Origin: Octopus vulgaris
Lineage: Eukaryota
Assembly (NCBI GenBank): GCA_951406725.2
Contig: OX597815.1
Span: 30,690,001-30,754,000, forward strand
Reading direction: 5' to 3'
Length of the DNA stretch: 64,000 bases
This document shows positions 26,011-41,289 of the stretch, in pieces (position 1 is the first letter of the stretch; each line of letters begins with the position of its first letter). A model generated the notes under the pieces. The model saw only the letters and a list, made by a program, of their open reading frames with translations, did no database searches and was not told the DNA's origin. The position numbers and the translations under genes are program-made.

Positions 26011-27382
26011 AGGATCTGTGATGATATGTGTGTGTGAGCGTTTGTGTGTGTGTGCGTTTGTATGTATGCATATATTCACATTTATATATATAGAGAGAGG
26101 AATCTGATGAATGAGAGGGAGAAGGCGAGTTTGATACACACGTAAGTGTGAACGAAGTATTTCTCCACGCTTGTATTAATTCATGGGAATTTTTCTTTTA
26201 TAGATAGTATCGATTATTTTACACATAAAATCCCAACATGAAGTGGTTTCCCCCTGCGATTTATTTTTTCACGATATCCATGATAACATTCAGCTTTAAT
26301 TTCATAAATTCAATTTTTGTCATGTAGCTGCTTGTATATCTACCATCCTCGTATGGTAGATATACAATCTAAGCGAAAACGAACCACTATGTCATCATTT
26401 TTTAAAGCATCTAAGAAAAACTTAGCATCGCATTCAAATAGCTCCAGTAACTTTTCTTGTAATTCACCATGTTAGATTAATTATATTGGCTGCTTCTGGT
26501 TTATAGCTTTCACTAAATTTCAGGTGTACATGTAGAGACGGTCAAACATTTACAAGCATAAAACTGTATAATGCTCAATCAGTTGGACAGTTATTCAATG
26601 GGTAGGTCATTCGTTGCTCGCACAAATGCATCGCATTCAATTAAATCGTATTTTTCAGTGATTTCTCTTGTATTTCACACTGTATGTTTTTCCTATACTG
26701 GTTTCTTCTTGTTTCTAGCTTTCACTACGTTTGACGTGTATATGTAAATTAGGTCGCACATTTACAAGCATAAAACTGTGGAATGCTCGAGCAGTGAAAT
26801 GGCAATTCAATGTGGAACGAACAAATGTAACGGAAAGCCATACCATTTATGTTGTGGTTCGCTGTATACGTGTATAATTTATATTTACATGTGTACGCGT
26901 ATACATTTATATATTACGACACCCACACTTACACGGGCACATTTGCACACGCGCTTATTTGTACGTCGAGGTAGGGTTAGGGTTACTCGAGTTATAATAA
27001 AAACAATTTAACATTAAACTGTAGAATTACTCAATGCTTATTTGTAGAATACATGTTTATTAGACTTTTGCAAAAAGACGGGTGATGGTGTCTAACAAGG
27101 TTTGGCCTGCTCGCTTTCGTCGTGGATAGTAAGCAGAATCACATGTATATGTGTATGTGTGTGTGTGTATTGTTTGCCTCTGTGTATGTGTGTGTGTGTA
27201 TTGTTTGCCTCTGTGCGTGTGTGTGTGTTGTTTGCCTGTTTTAATGCAGATATTTATAAAAGAAAGCTGGTGTGAAGGGCGAGTTGTGTCCTCACTATGA
27301 TTTACTATACAACATATCAATAGAACTTGAGGCAGCACTGTATGTTACTTGGAACGTTCCCTTTTTGGTTTCATACATAATA

Positions 27383-27551
27383 GGTGCAGGAGTGGCTGTG
27401 TGGTAAGTAGCTTGCTTACTAACCACGTGGTTTCGGGTTCAGTCCCACTGCGTGGCACTTTCAACAAGTGTTATCTACTATAGCCTCGGGCCGACCAGAG
27501 CCTTGTGAGTGGATTTGGTAGACGGAAACTGAAAGAAGCCCGTCGTATATA

Positions 27552-27643
<92 letters not shown>

Positions 27644-27860
27644 TGTGTCTGTGTTTGTCACCCCAATATCGCTTGACAACCAATGGTGGCGTGTTTACGT
27701 CCCCGTAACTTAGCAACTTAGCGGTTCGGAAAAAGAGACCGATAGAAAAAGTACTAAGCTTACAAAGAAGAAGTCCTGGGGTCGATTTGCTCGACTAAAA
27801 GTGTTGCTCCAGCATGGCCGCAGTCAAATGACTGAAACAAGTAAAAGAGTAAAAGAGTAA
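27383..27860 (+). mobile_element. SINE family A copy
   Basis: Homology to 949-1396. Confidence 0.9.
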
Positions 27861-28277
27861 GAGTAAATAGACTGATGTACTGGAATAGAAGATTTAGCTG
27901 AAGATACCACGCATTTAAAATTAGTACGGAGCGCAATGAGCAACTATGCAACTTCCTTAACTGTCCAAAAATATACTGCTCATAAATCTGCTGATGTTGT
28001 TGACTAAACTAAACTGACTAACCAAATTTACATTTCTAACACTTTCTTAGCTATTATGAAATTGTAGGTGTTAAAACACGTTTAATTTTATTGATATAAT
28101 ATACAATGAAATATGTTAGAACTAGACAACATAAAATATAAATTGTAAACATTAAATGTATGTAATAAACAAGGTGATCAAGGAAAATACTAAAAGATTT
28201 TACAGCTGTTCTTTGTTTTTAAAGTACATGTTAGTCGTGACGTAGATTGTTGGCAAAAAGTTTGAAATATGTTCTTA

Positions 28278-28439
28278 GGCGCAGGCGTGGTTACGTGATA
28301 AGAAGCTTGCTTCCCAACTACATGGTTCCGGGTTCAGTCCCACTGCGTGGCAACTTGGGGAAGTGTCTTCTACTATAGTCTCGCGCCGACCAAAGCCTTG
28401 TGAGTGGATTTGGTAGAGGAAAACTGAAAGAAGGCCGCC

Positions 28440-28491
<52 letters not shown>

Positions 28492-28892
28492 GTGTACATT
28501 TAAACACAAGAGAAAACTGCCCGCAACAGGCAGTTTCCACTTGTTTAAATGTACACTATTTTATATTGAGAATATGTTGTCTATTGACTTTTTATGCGTG
28601 CTCGGCCACTGGTAGTGAAAAAACTCACTACTTTATATTTTATGTATATATATATATATATATACGTATGTATGTGTGTGTGTGCGTGTGTGTACGTGTG
28701 TACTTGTGTGATCGCGCGCGCGCGTGTGGTTGTATCTTTGCATCTGTGTCTGTGTCCCCGTAACTTAGTGGTTCAGCTAAAATGTCTTTTTTTTTTAAAT
28801 AACGAGGTCGATTTATTCCATTAAAAAATTTTCAAAGCTCTGCTTCAACATGGAGGCAGTCCGATGATTATAACAAAAATGGGATAAAAGAT
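28278..28892 (+). mobile_element. SINE family A copy interrupted within its microsatellite by a fold-back insertion
   Basis: 5' half at 28278-28440, insertion at about 28488-28640, degenerate 3' half at 28740-28892. Confidence 0.75.
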
Positions 28893-28893
28893 A

Positions 28894-28944
<51 letters not shown>

Positions 28945-29525
28945 GCTGCTTGTATTTGCCACTCCAACGTTTGATAACTAAGTTTGGTTAGTTTACATTA
29001 ATGTAGCTTAACTATTCACCTAAATGACCGATAGAGTAAGTATTAGACTTAAATATATGTTCTGGGGTCGATTTGTTCGGATCAAGCATTCAAGACGGTG
29101 CCCCAACAGGCTCGCGGTCCAGTAACTCAAGCAAATATAAGATAAAATAAAAAAGTAAAGCACGCACACACATAAATTTCATTAAATATTACGAACTATA
29201 TTTCTACATTTATGAGACAAATAGTTGTAAATTATGAGTACCTGGATGCTTATAAACTGACTGTTTATCATATTTTATCAAGTTTCTGTAAGCTTTATCT
29301 AAAACTGAAGAATATGTCATAGCAGCAACTTCTGTCTGATAGCTGAGCAGCAAGTAGTGATATTGTATATTAATTATCATTGCGTTTTTTTTAGATATCA
29401 CCTGTTAATTTGTAATGACATTTAACGTCACACATTATAGAAAAACAATAAACTTGTTTTTAATATCGGGAAAAGCAAAACCCATAGAGGCAATTCTCCA
29501 CATACGTTATTAATATAGTAATCAT

Positions 29526-29527
<2 letters not shown>

Positions 29528-29607
<80 letters not shown>

Positions 29608-29638
29608 ATATATATATGTATGTATATATATATATATG

Positions 29639-29684
<46 letters not shown>

Positions 29685-29713
29685 ATGTTGATATATATAT
29701 ATTTATATATATG

Positions 29714-29749
<36 letters not shown>

Positions 29750-29825
29750 GTTGATATATATATATATATATATATAATGTTTATATATATGTGTGTGTGT
29801 ATGTATATATATATATATACATGTA
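29528..29825. repeat. Long (TA)n compound microsatellite
   Basis: Read directly. Confidence 0.95.
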
Positions 29826-29829
29826 TGTA

Positions 29830-29990
29830 TAGACGTGGCTGTGTGGCAAAAAGGTCTTCTTCCCAGTCACATAGTTCCGAGTTCAGTCCCACTGTTTGGC
29901 ACTTTAGCATGTGTCTTTACTATATCCTCAGGCCGACCAAAACCTTGTGAGTGGATTTGATAGTCAGGAACTGAAGGAAAGGCGTCGTAT
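29830..29990 (+). mobile_element. SINE family A 5' half
   Basis: gtggctgtgtggc...gttcagtcccactg...gtgagtggatttg. Confidence 0.8.
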
Positions 29991-30059
29991 ATATAAACAC
30001 CTGCGTTTAACTCCATTTCTTTTTTCCCTCTCTCTCTCCCCTGTATGTCTGTCTGTCTG

Positions 30060-30095
<36 letters not shown>

Positions 30096-30102
30096 TCTCT
30101 CC

Positions 30103-30133
<31 letters not shown>

Positions 30134-30135
<2 letters not shown>

Positions 30136-30446
30136 AGCAATAATAAATATCTGAGCGAGGTATAAACAGTAACTGCACAACATCGTGAAGTATATTTACC
30201 ACTTAAATGTGGCTAACACTTAAGGGTTGATGCTACTGTATCTTGAAGTCTCAGGAAGACTTCTTCTCCAGCCTGACCGGTATTGATCCGTCATCAGCGT
30301 GTGACAACTACCGGTTATTTTCCCAGTAACGAATAGTCAGTGATCTCGAAAAAGTGGAAACAAGCAATAAATCTCTGAGCGGGGGATAAACTGTAGCTAC
30401 ACGACATCGTGAAGTATATTTTCCACCTAAATGTAGCTAACCCTTG
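30134..30446 (-). mobile_element. PLE-like partial tandem terminal repeat
   Basis: 30135-30221 is directly repeated, with divergence, at 30362-30445. It abuts (TA)n. Minus-strand CTGATGA...CCGGTC lies at 30275-30297. Confidence 0.55.
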
Positions 30447-30574
30447 TTTCTACCTTCATTCCAGGTACAGACGAGGGCAAAGGAATAAAACTCCCTTATA
30501 TACTAAATAGGCCTACAGCTAGGACAAAGGCACATTGAGGAGTGGTGATATGAATCGCCCTGCCACTGTTGTTA

Positions 30575-30762
30575 TGCAAAGGAAAGGCAAAGGCCGATAC
30601 AGTTTGGCACCAGTGACGTCTCAACCCACTTCTACAGTTGTGTGAACTGGAGTAACGTGAAATAAAGTGTCTTGCTCAAGAACATAATATAGCTCCGTTC
30701 GGGATTGGAACTCACTACCTCATGATTGCGAGCCCGATGCTCTAACTACTAAGCCAAACGCC

Positions 30763-30766
<4 letters not shown>
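30575..30766 (-). mobile_element. tRNA-derived SINE, family C (Meta-SINE-like)
   Basis: Reverse complement: gtgaaggcgtttggcttagtagttagagc...gagttccaatcc...gttcttgagcaagacactttatttcacgttactccagttcac. Confidence 0.75.
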
Positions 30767-30813
<47 letters not shown>

Positions 30814-31708
30814 CATACACGCGTATGTATGTATGCATGTAAGTATGTATATATGTATATTTTAAAGGAAGAATTTGCTGGTGAAATCACACAGATGCAT
30901 AGACACACACACACACACACATATACGCCTTCTAGGTACGCGAAACCGTATACGTACTAGTCTTAAAAGGCTAGTTGTAATGCATTTGATGCTGTCAACG
31001 AATAAGGCGTGATTAAAAGAAACAGATTAATGTTTCATTACTGGTGTAGATCGTCGAAACATGAATGTGATAAACTAAAGCTTCAAAATTCTGAAAAAGT
31101 GCTAAAAAGCTTATAAATGTAGAACGCAAAGACAGAGAGAGAAAGTGGGAGAGAGAGGGGGAGAGGGGGAGAGAAGGCGAGTGGGAGAGAGAGATTACTG
31201 GAGTCAGTTATGAGAATATTTTAGCTTGGATTCAACGCATTGAGTTTCAGGAATGACGAATTAAATTACACTCCACAACCATTCCATGTGTGTGACGCAA
31301 AGCAATATCGTGACGTCTTCGAATCCCATTTTTTTTTTTGGAAGAGAGTGAAAGACAGAGTGGACTTCACTCCTAATTGTATGCACTTTACTATGGTGCA
31401 GTAACCGACTCACGTATGAAAACGACAAAGACTCTGAATAAACTTTGAGAAATTTGCGAATAAATGAGAGGTGTATAGCGTCGGCTCCTATTAGCCATCC
31501 ATATGAAGCATCCGCAACACAATACGTCGCTTAACTCAAACTTATAGACTTATGTTTTATTGGTCTTAGTTATTCGGATAAGTACTTATTTATTATGTCT
31601 ATGTGGTATAAGTAATGGCATTATCAATTCAAAATTGCATGGAGTATTGCCATCATACGTAAACAAAATACACAAAATACACATCCGTGTTAATAATTAC
31701 CGTAGGTA

Positions 31709-31922
31709 GGGCGGCAGAGGTTGCACAATCGTTAGCACGCCGGGATAAACCTTGGCAACGTTTCATGTCTTTGACCTAAGTCCAAATTACGCCGAGTTCG
31801 ACTTTGTTTTTATTCTTTCGGGGTCGATAAAATAAGTACGAGTTGAGCGCTGGGGGTCGATGCGATCGACTTACCTACTCCCCTGAAATTGCTGGCTTTG
31901 TGCCAAAATTTTAAACTAATAA
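31709..31922 (+). mobile_element. SINE family B copy
   Basis: Homology to 10257-10490. Confidence 0.75.
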
Positions 31923-32531
31923 CTACCGTAGCTTTTATCAATTATAGATTGGCTGCGTGCTATTAAAAATTATGCTGCGTTAATTGTAGATATGTGGCAT
32001 CCATATTTACTTTATCTGTTTAAAGTATATCACCAAAAATTGCTGCTATATGTAAACAACAGAAAATATTTTCTATGCGCTATTTAGAGATAACGGTATA
32101 TACATAAGATGACAATTGAATACACATCATATACTACATACGCCTACACGCACACATAAAATCACTACAATCTCACATATATAATTTCATATATATTTTA
32201 GACAAACAATCCAACGATCCAACAAACTATCAAAAATATGTTGAACACAAACTAATCTCGAATGTATCATTTCGAAAGTGAGATATATTTTCTGTCATAT
32301 TCCAGTTTTTACCTTCTAGAAATATATAGATAATTACTTTTCTGTTATTGCTTGGTGAACTAGGAACTCAAATTTCATGCGCTGAGGATAGTAGAGAAGT
32401 AATATTTATATTGATTAATATTGTTCACATTTCCATTTCCATTGCTTCTTTATCGCAGTATCTAGAAAATTACTTTTACGGATTTTATAGGGGTTCACTC
32501 CAAAGATGAATATTAGATAAATACAACGATA

Positions 32532-32631
<100 letters not shown>

Positions 32632-34244
32632 ACAAGTATGTATATGTTTGTGTGTGTGCGTGTATACATATATGGATATATGTATGAGTTTATATATATA
32701 TGTATATACACACATATATACTTATATATTTATGTTTACGTATATATATATATATATGTATACGCATGTATATATATGTGTATTTATATATTTTACATAT
32801 ATAGATATATGTATATAAACATTCCTATATATAAATATATGTATATGTATATGTATGTATATACATTTACGTATGTGTGTGCGTGTGTGTAAATATATAT
32901 TATGTATATATACATATTTCTGACCCTCCTACTCTCTCTCCATATATATGATCAGTCACACACACACACACGTACACACGCGCGCGCACGCACACACACA
33001 CACACACACTCATGCACACATACACACAAACAAACGTCTTTGCGAGTCGTAAATATGTACAGCTATTTCAACATACTCTCATATATTCATACTCACGAAA
33101 TCAACTGTACATTTATAGCTAAATATTCTCTCATGTAAATATACACATATTTACATTTAATTTCATACGCATACGCATATATATATATCTTCAAATATTG
33201 TTTGTGGATTCCCTTCAGAAATAAATCTTAATTTAATGAAATAAGTTTTAGATCTGGCGTTAGATTAGTCTGTTTTCTATGATAAATATATTGGTGTGGC
33301 TAACTGAGATATAAATACGCAATCTAGAAGGATGCAATAAATACTGGTAGATTAATATTGTTTGTGAAAGAGAGACTGCATGAGAAAAGAAACCGTTATA
33401 CAGAAATGGCGAGTTTGATAGCAAGTTTGGGAAGGAAATATATCTGTCAGCATATCTCGCGATTGTACATCAGATGGCAATCTGCCAAAAAGATCTCAAT
33501 AACTGAAGTTAGTACAATACTGAACGCTGCCAAGTAACCTGACAATTGATTGTGACCTCTTTGAGCCTTTGGAAATCATCTAGCCGCTTGTGCTTAGTTT
33601 AGATTAATTAGAATTAAATGGATATAGTGCTGGACGTCTGTCCATCTCGGGTAGTATCATCAGGTGATGTGTCGCTTACCCCGAAACTGAGATAAACAGA
33701 GTCATTTAGAATGCAGTATTATCCTGGCTAGAAACTTCCAAATGCTTCTAGTGGATATAATAAAGGGCAATCACAAATGTTGCTATCTATGACATTTTCC
33801 AGTCTCTTTTGCTTTTACTGATCTGTTAGATTACAATGGATCTTGGAATAACATCATATATATATCCAACTAGCGATATATTAAATGGAACTAGTCATAT
33901 ATGGCGAAGGTTAAATTCAGTTAAGTTTCATCTGCAATATGTACATACGATATAGCTAAGAATATTTGTCCATTTTTTGTTGTTTTAGCAAATTGAATAA
34001 TACATATATAAGCTGAAAATATAGACACAATATATTCAAGTTTTTGCAACATGTACCTGGAATCATTTTACATATTGATATGTGACTTTGGTTAATAAAT
34101 ATTGCCTTCGTGGCTACTGTATACTTTTATCCTTTCAGGGTCGATAAATTAAGCATCAGTAGGGTACTTGGGTCAATGTAATCGACTATTTCCCTCCCCA
34201 CACATTTTAGGCCTTGTGTCTTTAGTAGAAAGAATAATTATTAA

Positions 34245-36145
34245 TTTTTATTGTCTTTGTACAGCTTCTAATGCTGGAGATGTACAACGTTGCCAGCCTT
34301 TTACTAACAGTGAACTAAGATAACACCCCTTATTTTTCGAGCACCATGCGGAGTATTCGAGCGGTTCCAAGCAGTGCTGCTTTCTGCAAGCGCTCCACCC
34401 TTATTGCAGCCCACATTTGTTCCATGTATTTCTTAAGATTTTTACTCACTGTTCCCGGGACTCCGACAGTTATTGATACTACTATCACCTTCATCGACTA
34501 CAACTGCTTAACCTCCAAAGCTAACCTATCATATCTATTGACTTTTCTTTCTTCCTTATCGCATAAGTTCTTGTCAGCTGGACATGATATATCTATGATC
34601 TAGCATCGTTTGCTTTCTTTCTCATTTAACGCTATGTCTGGTTTCCTAATCCTTATCACATGGCTGCACTGAATCATAAAATCCCATAAGATGCTGCATT
34701 ATCATTTTCGATGATGACTTCGGATTTATGTTCGTGCCACTTATTTGCTCTGTCAAGTCCATACTTGTTGCAAAGTGTCCAACGGACAATCGTTGCTATA
34801 TTGACATAACATCTCTTATATTCATTCTGGGCTAGCGGTGTTAGTAATATGCCATACAGTTTCACCTTTTTTTCCACAATTTTTGCAGTTATCACTTTCT
34901 GATGTGTTGTCTATTCTGTATTTGATGTAATTGTTTCTTAATGCTTGCACTTGGGCAGCACATATTATAACCTGTTTCCGATTTTAAATCACATTTAGTC
35001 ATTTATAGCCATCTTTTTATTCTGTCCGTCTTATCTTCAACATCCCTATTAAATTGTCCATGTGTTCTTTTCTTTATTCACCTATTTTCAGCTTCATTCA
35101 TTCTCAAGTCCTTGTACAGTGCATAATCTTTTCGATCCTCCATCCTACACAAGGCTGACCTTCTTACTTCCAGTAATAGTGGTTCTGTGTCATTTTTTAC
35201 ATGTTGTTTTCTTCTGCTCTAATGCTGTATTCACATCCAATACGTCTTCTTCTCCCTCTTTTTCTTGGTACATACAGTCTCTCTGTGTCACTTCCTGGGT
35301 GGAGTATCCAATTTCTAGTCAGCAACTTCTTTGTCTTTCTGTCTAAGCTATTTAGTTCGTCTACTGTCCATGCGATCATCCCTGCTCCATATTTCAGGAG
35401 GGAAACGGCCCAGGTGCTAATAGCTTCAATCTTATTCTGTCCGTTTAATTTCGACTTAAGGATCAGTCTCAGTCTGTGCAAGTACTCCACCTTAAATTGT
35501 TCTGTCATTTCTTTCTCCATCAATTTTTCCATTTCCAATATCCCCAAGTACTTATAGCCCGTATCTTCTATCTGCTTCATAACCTCCCCCGACGGTATCG
35601 CTAGCCTGTCCATACATTTGATTTTGCCTCTCTTCAAGACTAAACCACACTTTTTCAGTCCGAACTCCATTCTGATATCGGCACTGAAATTATACACCAT
35701 ATCAACGAGGTAACTGACAAGGGATTCATCTTTATCATAAAGTTTGAGGTCATCCATGAACAACAAATGGTTGACTTTTTGTTGGCGGCTCTTAAATACA
35801 TACCCAGCATTTTCTTTCCTCAGAATCAGTGTTAGTGGTATCAAGCACAGTACAAAGATCAGTGGGGACAGGCAGTCCCTCTTCTGATTTCTATTGTCCT
35901 TAAACTTCTTCCATATGCTGTCAGTTCCGGCCTCCACTTCGCCATACTTTTACCAAGCAATCCCTCAACATTAGATGCAATACCAAATAGATTCATACAT
36001 TCCATAATCCAAGAATGTGGATCAGATCCATGACATGGCTAAGTTAGTTTTCCTTCTCTTGCAGTCTCTAAGTATATTTTTCTCTACCAGGAGTTGATCC
36101 TTGGTACCTCTGTACTTACGCTTGCAACACTTCTGCTCATGTATA
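34245..36145 (-). pseudogene. R4/Dong-like non-LTR retrotransposon: RT plus restriction-like endonuclease, disrupted
   Basis: [28 protein letters not shown]; DCLSPLIFVL; HLLFMDDLKLY; YKYLGILE; RKPDIAL..IIDISCP (RLE PD..D motif); C-terminus LQKAALLGTARILRMVLEK*. Frameshifts and stops present. Confidence 0.92.
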
Positions 36146-37674
36146 GATGCTCTCGAATTTCTTAATACCGGTTGCATTCCGTTTTCCTTTTGAAAAATGT
36201 TTAGCCAAAAGAAATCAATCATAAATATTGCCTACAGTTGCAGAAGGCCAGGATTTGTATAGGTATGGTATCAGTTTGTACGACAAATATAATGTTGGAG
36301 CACTCCAAATCCACAAATCCAAGGCCTCTTAAAACCGTTCCAGTTAATTTACGATACTACTGTATTTTGGTCATCACCCAAGGCCATTGTAGTGCCACCT
36401 TTAATGATTTAAAAGTTCGTTCTATTATAACAAAACTGATAATTCAGTAATATATATCCCTGCTTACCAAGCAAGAAACTGAGATTCGATCCCTTACGCG
36501 AAAGTCCGATAAACCTCTGGTGGGAATCGGCTCGTCATGATCGTAGAAGAATGGCTGGATAAAATGAAATAATACCAAATCAAAAACAGAAAATAATATT
36601 TAAATTTTCACTTTACAAATTCTACTGGCATCAATTTAGCATTTGTAAAATCAGTTCTAGACTCAGTAAAAGCAGTACCAATGATTTACGAAATTGAATC
36701 AAGTAAGGCCTTTGTAACGAGAGTCATTGCTGTCAAATGCAATTAGAAATTACAGAACACGAAAACAAACAAAGAAACAAACACACAAACAAACAAATAA
36801 ATGAATTAGTAAAACTGCAAAACAACCTTAATTCCATTTCCCGAACAGTTTATTAAGTATTCATCGCAATAGTTATATTGTATGCTATTAATAGAGACTA
36901 GTCTGCAAGTTAGATAAATTGAAAAGTTTTATATATGCATAAGTAACTGGAAACTGTCTTTTCTTTGTTTGAACCATTACTGAGTTTCATATCATTCAAT
37001 TCCCCGTCTGTAATTCTTGGATATTCATTCAGACTGTCGAGTCAGAAAACACGTCTTCGTTTTTAGTACCCTATGGTGCACAAATGACAGCAGTAAAACG
37101 CAGCTGCACCGTTGAACACGTTTTCTCCTTCAGTGGCGCTAAAACTTTAATTTACTGTCTAACAAGCTTTGCTAGAGTTGACTGCACTGTCAGGAAGTGT
37201 CGAGCAGTAGGGAATATAAATCTTGCCATGTCTAATTAAGATCTTCCACTTAATATTTCAAGGACTAAATGGGAATTTAAGGAAAAAAATTCAATAAATA
37301 AACTATAATGATAACACCATTTTTCAAAAAGTAAAAGACAAGTAAAAGACTTTAATGTACTAAATCCATTTGATGCCTTCCAGAAATATATTTGGAAGAG
37401 GCATTTAGGTATGACAAATTCAGTAGGAAAGATGCAGTAAACCTTCATTGAGAGTAGACAACTCTCTCAACTTCGTTATTGTGGTAGCAGACGATATCAA
37501 CATCTCGTAACCCAACAGCCTCTATGTAGTTACGATAATAATATTGCTTCGCTGATGACAATGATGGTGAAAATGACAGTGATTATGAGGAAAGTGTGGT
37601 GATAGAAGTCATAATGAAGTTGGAGCAGATAGAAGGCAGTAAGGATGATGTTGATAGGTGTTGATGGCATTGGT

Positions 37675-38055
<381 letters not shown>

Positions 38056-38057
38056 TA

Positions 38058-38270
38058 GGCAGCGAGCTGGCAGAATCGTTAGGGCGCTGGACGAAATGCT
38101 GAGCGGCATTTCGCCTGTCGCTACATTCTGAGTTCACATTCCGCCGAGGTCGCCTTTGCCACTCATCATTTCACCGTCGATAAAATAAGTACCAGTTGAA
38201 CACTGGGATCGACGTAATCGATTTATCCTCTGCCCCAAAATTGATGACCTTGTGGCAAAATTTGAAACTA
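38058..38270 (+). mobile_element. SINE family B copy with (ATT)n tail
   Basis: ggcagcgagctggcagaatcgttag...gagttcacattccgccgaggtcg...gataaaataagtaccag. Confidence 0.85.
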
Positions 38271-38352
38271 TTATTATTATTTTTGTTGTTGTTGTTGTTA
38301 TTGTTATAATTATTATTATTATTTTTATTGTTGTTGATAATATTACTATTAC

Positions 38353-38385
<33 letters not shown>

Positions 38386-38403
38386 TACTATTATTATTAT
38401 TAT

Positions 38404-38640
38404 TCAGTAGTTTTATTTTTATTTTTATAGCGTGCTTTCACTTCACTACCGAGCACAGCTCTGTGTGCCTTGGGTATGTGCTGTGATTTGTTGTGATGCT
38501 CTGATGGTTATTGTATGGAAAGTGTTCTGCGTAGGATGTGTGCAGTGCCCAGTAGTGCATTTTATATGTATGTGTTGTTGTATTTTCATTTTTTGGGTAG
38601 AGTACTGCTGTGAAGTATGCGTGTAAGATAGAAATGTATT
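38404..38640 (-). mobile_element. 5'-truncated R4/Dong-like LINE end, same family as 1-173
   Basis: Minus strand reads NALLGTAHILRRTLSIQ*, then a 3' UTR and a (TAA)n tail. Flanked by long direct repeats starting at 38241 and 38658. Confidence 0.85.
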
Positions 38641-38769
38641 CCTCTGCCCCATTTACGTTGATGACCTTGTGGCAAAATTTGAAACTATTATTATTATTTT
38701 TGTTGTTGTTGTTGTTATTGTTATAATTATTATTATTATTTTTATTGTTGTTGATAATATTACTATTAC

Positions 38770-38871
<102 letters not shown>

Positions 38872-39670
38872 CAGTAGTACTAGTAGTGGTAGTAGTAGTA
38901 TCGTAGCAACCGCAGCAGCAGTAGTTGCAACATAGTAATAATGCTAGTTTGTATTACTTACTCGGATACAGTCCAATTCTTTGATGGGAGTAATAAGGTG
39001 CAGCAGTAAACGCAATTAGTGTTTTTGGTGGTAAATGTAAAGAAAAATAAAAGGATTCATACTGAACGTTAATAGTGTAGTAGAAAAATTAATAAATAAA
39101 GAAAATTGAAATATTGTAAGCTTCGAGAGGCTTTCATTTGTACTGGTGAAGAAAATAGAAGCAAATTTACATATTTAAGCGAGTGCTTTTGTATTCTTTG
39201 ATTACACGCAGTATCCCCAAGATCTCCACTACCAGTTCCTTTATATGTTTGTCACTTCAAATATTTGTTTTACCACATTCTAACATTTACGCGCCATATT
39301 TTTTCAACTAGCGACACATTTTCTTCAATCTATTCCACTCTATTTCATCACAGCTCATTTTTCTTTGTCTCTCTCTCGCCCCGTTTTTCCTCATTCTCAC
39401 CCCATTTCAATTTATATCATTATTTTTCCTGTCATGTTAATTCTCACTTACTCCTCTCTTTTACCCTCTTTTATTAAGATAATTCAGTAGTTTGTTTTCT
39501 TCCAAAATCATGTCACAGGATTTGGACATCTTAAGATTTAGGAGTTCCTTACATATAGAAGTAACTATTTATTTCCACCAAAAATTCCTCTCTCATTCTC
39601 TTTATATTTCTTTGTTTCCTCCAATCATTCTTTTGCAAATATGAATATAAATTCATACACATATATGCAT

Positions 39671-40025
39671 ACTCTTTTACTCTTTTACTCTTCAACTTGT
39701 TTCAGTCATGTGACAGTGGCCATGCCTTCAGTCGAGCAAATCGATCCCAGGACTTATTCTTTGCAAGCCTAGTACTTATTTTATCGGGCTCTTTTGCTGA
39801 ACCGCAAAGTTACACCAGCATCGGTTGTCAAGCGATGTTGGGGGGATAAACACAGACACACAAACATGTATACGACGGGCTTCTTTCAGTTTCCCTCTAC
39901 CAAATCCACTCAAAAGGCTTTCGTCGGCCTGAGGCTATAGTAGAAGACAATTGCCCAAGGTGCCACGCAATGGGACTGAATCCAGAACCATGTGGTTCGT
40001 AAGCAAGCTACTTACCACACAGCCA
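39671..40025 (-). mobile_element. SINE family A copy with almost no internal microsatellite
   Basis: Reverse-complement homology. Confidence 0.88.
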
Positions 40026-40738
40026 TTTTACGCGTGTAGAAATTCATGTGAATACATGGACAAAAGTATAGACGTACATAGAAAATATGGATAAACACAG
40101 ACACATTACGAACCGGCCAACCAAACAATCATCCATCCATCCATCCATCCATCCATCCATCCATACATACATACATACATACATACATGCATACATACAT
40201 ACATACATATATACATACATACAGACAAACAGACATATATACATGCATGTTGCACTTTGTTTTATACGGTAGACGTTTTGCATGTTTTCCATTTATCACG
40301 AATTTGGTTTTGGTCGAATTATTTTTCTTTCCTCAAATTTGCTTAAAACAGAAACACCACGGCATCCTTTCCACGTTGATATTTAATTTACCTTTCATGA
40401 TACTTTCATGCAATTTCTTTCATAAAGAGGTACCCGAAACTTTAAATATAGCTTTAATTTCGAAACACTTTTCCTAAATTTTTTAGACGTTTTCAAGACA
40501 ATAGTAGATTTTCAAACACACACAAACGCACATACACGTACACACACATGCACGCACACACACATACACACGCACACACACATACACACGCACACACACA
40601 TTCTTCATATATAAACTGCATCAGATTGATCTCTCACAAAACTTATTTTTTTACGTATGTATATGTAAGTATATATATATACATATATATATAGAGAGAG
40701 AGAGAGAGACAGAGAGAGAGAGTGAGACAGAGAGAGAA

Positions 40739-40782
<44 letters not shown>

Positions 40783-40846
40783 AAATATAGATATATATAG
40801 ATGTACATATAAACATACATATGTATATATAGAAACATACACATAT

Positions 40847-40892
<46 letters not shown>

Positions 40893-40893
<1 letters not shown>

Positions 40894-41244
40894 TCTTTTA
40901 CTCTTTTACTTGTTTCAGTCATTTGACTGCGGCCATGCTGGAGCACCGCTTATAGTCGAGAAAATCGACCCCAGGAATTATTCTTTGCAAGCCTAGTACT
41001 TATTCTATCGGTCTCTTTTTACCGAACCGCTAAGTTACGGGGACGTAAGCACACCAGCATCAGTTGTCAAGCGATGTTGGGGGGACAAACTCAGACACAC
41101 AAACGTATAAACACACACACACACATACATACATACATACATACATACATACATACATTCATACATACATACATACATACATACATACATACATACATAC
41201 ATACATTATATGTATGTATGTATGTATGTGTGCGTGTTTATACG

Positions 41245-41289
<45 letters not shown>

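Noticed and set aside
26970-26985. tagggttagggtta telomere-like motif
   Set aside because: Only about two units; could arise by chance.
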